The position numbers and the translations under genes are program-made. A stretch of DNA of 63,922 nt, counting the filler, from Vicugna vicugna (Eukaryota), in NCBI GenBank assembly GCA_013265495.1. It is 72 parts of 71 records of this genome, joined end to end, with 100 filler letters (N's around TTAATTAATTAA, not from the genome) between each part and the next. Parts side by side here need not be neighbours in the genome. Positions count along the whole stretch, not along the records: positions 61,536 to 62,293 come from MU060124.1; positions 62,394 to 62,902 come from MU060125.1; positions 63,003 to 63,769 come from MU060128.1; positions 63,870 to 63,922 come from MU060192.1; 68 more parts are not named here. One strand, 5' to 3'. The notes below the pieces were generated by a model. That model did no database searches. It had not been told where the DNA came from and was given only the letters and a program-made list of their open reading frames with translations. This document shows, piece after piece, positions 61,536 to 63,922 of this stretch (the stretch's first letter is position 1; every line of letters begins with the position of its first letter).

Positions 61536-62293
61536 AAGGAGAAATTAAGACACTCCTACAAAAACAAAATCTGAAACAATACATTGCTAGCAGACCTACC
61601 CGACAAGAAATACTAAGGATAGTTCAGCAGGTGTAAATGAAAGGACACTCGCCTGAAAAATAAAGAGCACTACTACATGAGTAAAAAAATAAAACAGTAT
61701 AAATTGAGTATTACATGTAAATGTTTTGTTCTATTTGATGTAAAGGACAACTGCATAAAACAATACTTANNNNNNNNNNNNNNNNNNNNNNNNNNNNNNN
61801 NNNNNNNNNNNNNNNNNNNNNNNNNNNNNNNNNNNNNNNNNNNNNNNNNNNNNNNNNNNNNNNNNNNNNNNNNNNNNNNNNNNNNNNNNNNNNNNNNNNN
61901 NNNNNNNNNNNNNNNNNNNNNNNNNNNNNNNNNNNNNNNNNNNNNNNNNNNNNNNNNNNNNNNNNNNNNNNNNNNNGAGGAGGAGGAGGAAAAATATAAA
62001 ATAAACAACAAATTAAAATGGCACACTTGAAAATGCCTACTTTGTACAAAAAAGTGTAGTAATAGAGGAATGGGGAAAAAAGACATATAGAAAGTAGATA
62101 GCAGATGTAACTTCAACCTAATAAGAAATTACATTAATCTAAATGAATTAAACATTCTAATCAAAATACTAAAGGCAGAAATAAAAGGAATAGAGAATAG
62201 ATGAACAACAGAAAATAATCAACCAAAAGAAAAGTTGGTTCTTTGAAAAGATTAACAAAATTGACAAATTTTTAGCTAATATTAAAAAAAAAA
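61536..62293 (+). mobile_element. Ancient LINE-1 fragments (ORF1 end, inter-ORF, ORF2 pieces)
   Basis: 'aaggagaaattaagacactcc..aaaacaaaatctga...gcagacctacc..acaagaaatactaaagg'-like sequence and 'aaaagttggttctttgaaaagattaacaaaattgacaaa'. Confidence 0.72.
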
Positions 62294-62393
62294 NNNNNNN
62301 NNNNNNNNNNNNNNNNNNNNNNNNNNNNNNNNNNNNNTTAATTAATTAANNNNNNNNNNNNNNNNNNNNNNNNNNNNNNNNNNNNNNNNNNNN

Positions 62394-62446
62394 GGATTTC
62401 AACAGATGAACTGTGGGGTGGGGCACACAAACATTCAGTCCATAGT
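62394..62446. mobile_element. MaLR (MLT1/MST) LTR terminus
   Basis: 'ggatttcaacagatgaa...ggggcacacaaacattcagtccatag'. Confidence 0.6.
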
Positions 62447-63002
62447 GGTTGATGACCCCCAAACTTAATTTAACATCAGTATGTTTCAGTTTTCTTGTAT
62501 ATAACATGGGGCTAACAGTAGTGCATTTTAAAAAAATAGTTTAAAGGATGAAATTTATTTATTTANNNNNNNNNNNNNNNNNNNNNNNNNNNNNNNNNNN
62601 NNNNNNNNNNNNNNNNNNNNNNNNNNNNNNNNNNNNNNNNNNNNNNNNNNNNNNNNNNNNNNNNNNNNNNNNNNNNNNNNNNNNNNNNNNNNNNNNNNNN
62701 NNNNNNNNNNNNNNNNNNNNNNNNNNNNNNNNNNNNNNNNNNNTGACTTATTCAGAAATGCTGTCTGGAATGGTGATAGTAAAGTTGAGACTGGAAGATT
62801 CTGCTTTCACTTAGAAGAAAGAGGAAAAAACATGAAAATATATATAAGTTAGAAGTAATAACACAATATTCTGATTGAGACAATATCTAAATTAAAGGGA
62901 TTNNNNNNNNNNNNNNNNNNNNNNNNNNNNNNNNNNNNNNNNNNNNTTAATTAATTAANNNNNNNNNNNNNNNNNNNNNNNNNNNNNNNNNNNNNNNNNN
63001 NN

Positions 63003-63769
63003 GGGATATCCTGCAAACCCCCCTAGCATTCCGTGGCAGAGAGAAATGAGGAAAACCCTCAGGAGAGACGAACATAGGAATTCCGTTGGAACCCACGCGC
63101 TGCCGACCGGTGGTGGAACATCCCCACGCTCAGGATTCCGGAACCATTGTCAGTGCGTGGGGGAGCTCGAGAGACAACTCCATGCAGCTCTCTTCAGTCA
63201 CAGGTGTTCCCTGTTCGGGGAAGTCCGAGAAATACCGTCCCNNNNNNNNNNNNNNNNNNNNNNNNNNNNNNNNNNNNNNNNNNNNNNNNNNNNNNNNNNN
63301 NNNNNNNNNNNNNNNNNNNNNNNNNNNNNNNNNNNNNNNNNNNNNNNNNNNNNNNNNNNNNNNNNGAACCTCCCCACGCTCAGGATTCCGGAAACATTGT
63401 CAGTGCGTGGGAGAGCTCGAGAGACAACTCCACGAAGCTCTCTTCAGTCACAGGTGTTCCCTGTTCGGGGAAGTCCGAGAAATACGTTCCCTGACCTTGG
63501 GGAGGCAGCCTCAGACACGGGGATATCCTGCAAACCCCCCTAGCATTCCCTGGCACAGAGACATTAGGAAAATACTCAGGGGAGACGAGCTTAGGCTTTC
63601 CGTTAGAACCCACGCACTGCTGACCGTTGGTGGATCCTCCCCACGCTCAGGATTCTGGAACCATTGTCAGTGCGTGGGGGAGCTCGAGAGACATCTTCAC
63701 AAAACTCTCTTTAATCACAGGTGATCCATGTTCAGGGAAGTCCGAGAAATAACTTCCCTGACCTTGGGG
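63003..63769 (+). repeat. 267-bp satellite (family A)
   Basis: Family A unit. Confidence 0.93.
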
Positions 63770-63869
63770 NNNNNNNNNNNNNNNNNNNNNNNNNNNNNNN
63801 NNNNNNNNNNNNNTTAATTAATTAANNNNNNNNNNNNNNNNNNNNNNNNNNNNNNNNNNNNNNNNNNNN

Positions 63870-63922
63870 AGAATCCATGCTTTTTTCACAGAAAAATAGT
63901 TCTGGAGCGATTTCCATCTAAC
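63870..63922 (+). repeat. 246-bp satellite (family D), start of the next scaffold
   Basis: Reverse complement of ~37421-37470 ('gttaggtggaaatcgctccagaaatatttttctgtgaaaaatgcatgaattc'). Confidence 0.8.

Noticed and set aside
987..63825. TTAATTAATTAA recurring between unique sequences, resembling a CRISPR or integron-cassette array
   Set aside because: It is always embedded in exactly 44 N on each side, so it is an assembly linker. The DNA is mammalian, with no cas or integrase genes.

Overview
This window is not a contiguous locus. It is a concatenation of about 72 short unplaced scaffolds (roughly 0.3-1.6 kb each) joined by an artificial 100-bp spacer, N44-TTAATTAATTAA-N44, so adjacency across spacers has no biological meaning. 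The host is a camelid mammal, based on Vic-1-type tRNA-derived SINEs, artiodactyl L1 3' ends and a 267-bp satellite; a South American camelid such as alpaca is plausible but is my inference. Content: five satellite families (267-bp GC-rich; a diverged ~265-bp relative; ~249-bp; 246-bp with a trimeric ~738-bp higher-order repeat; an ATTCTAT heptamer satellite), a 16-bp minisatellite, many L1/L2/MIR/LTR/ERV fragments, and three recognisable protein-coding exons (a T-cell receptor alpha/delta V exon, an ANKRD26-family exon and a CLEC2-family terminal exon; the last two are absent from the ORF track). One scaffold is grass (Poaceae) 18S rDNA, i.e. contamination, chimeric with host-type 18S. Almost all ORFs in the supplied track are artefacts of N-runs or repeats. 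I see no supportable novel multi-gene system; the best leads are the satellite superfamily and its structure, and the orphan exons of multi-copy gene families. Family assignments come from my recall of consensus sequences, not from searches.
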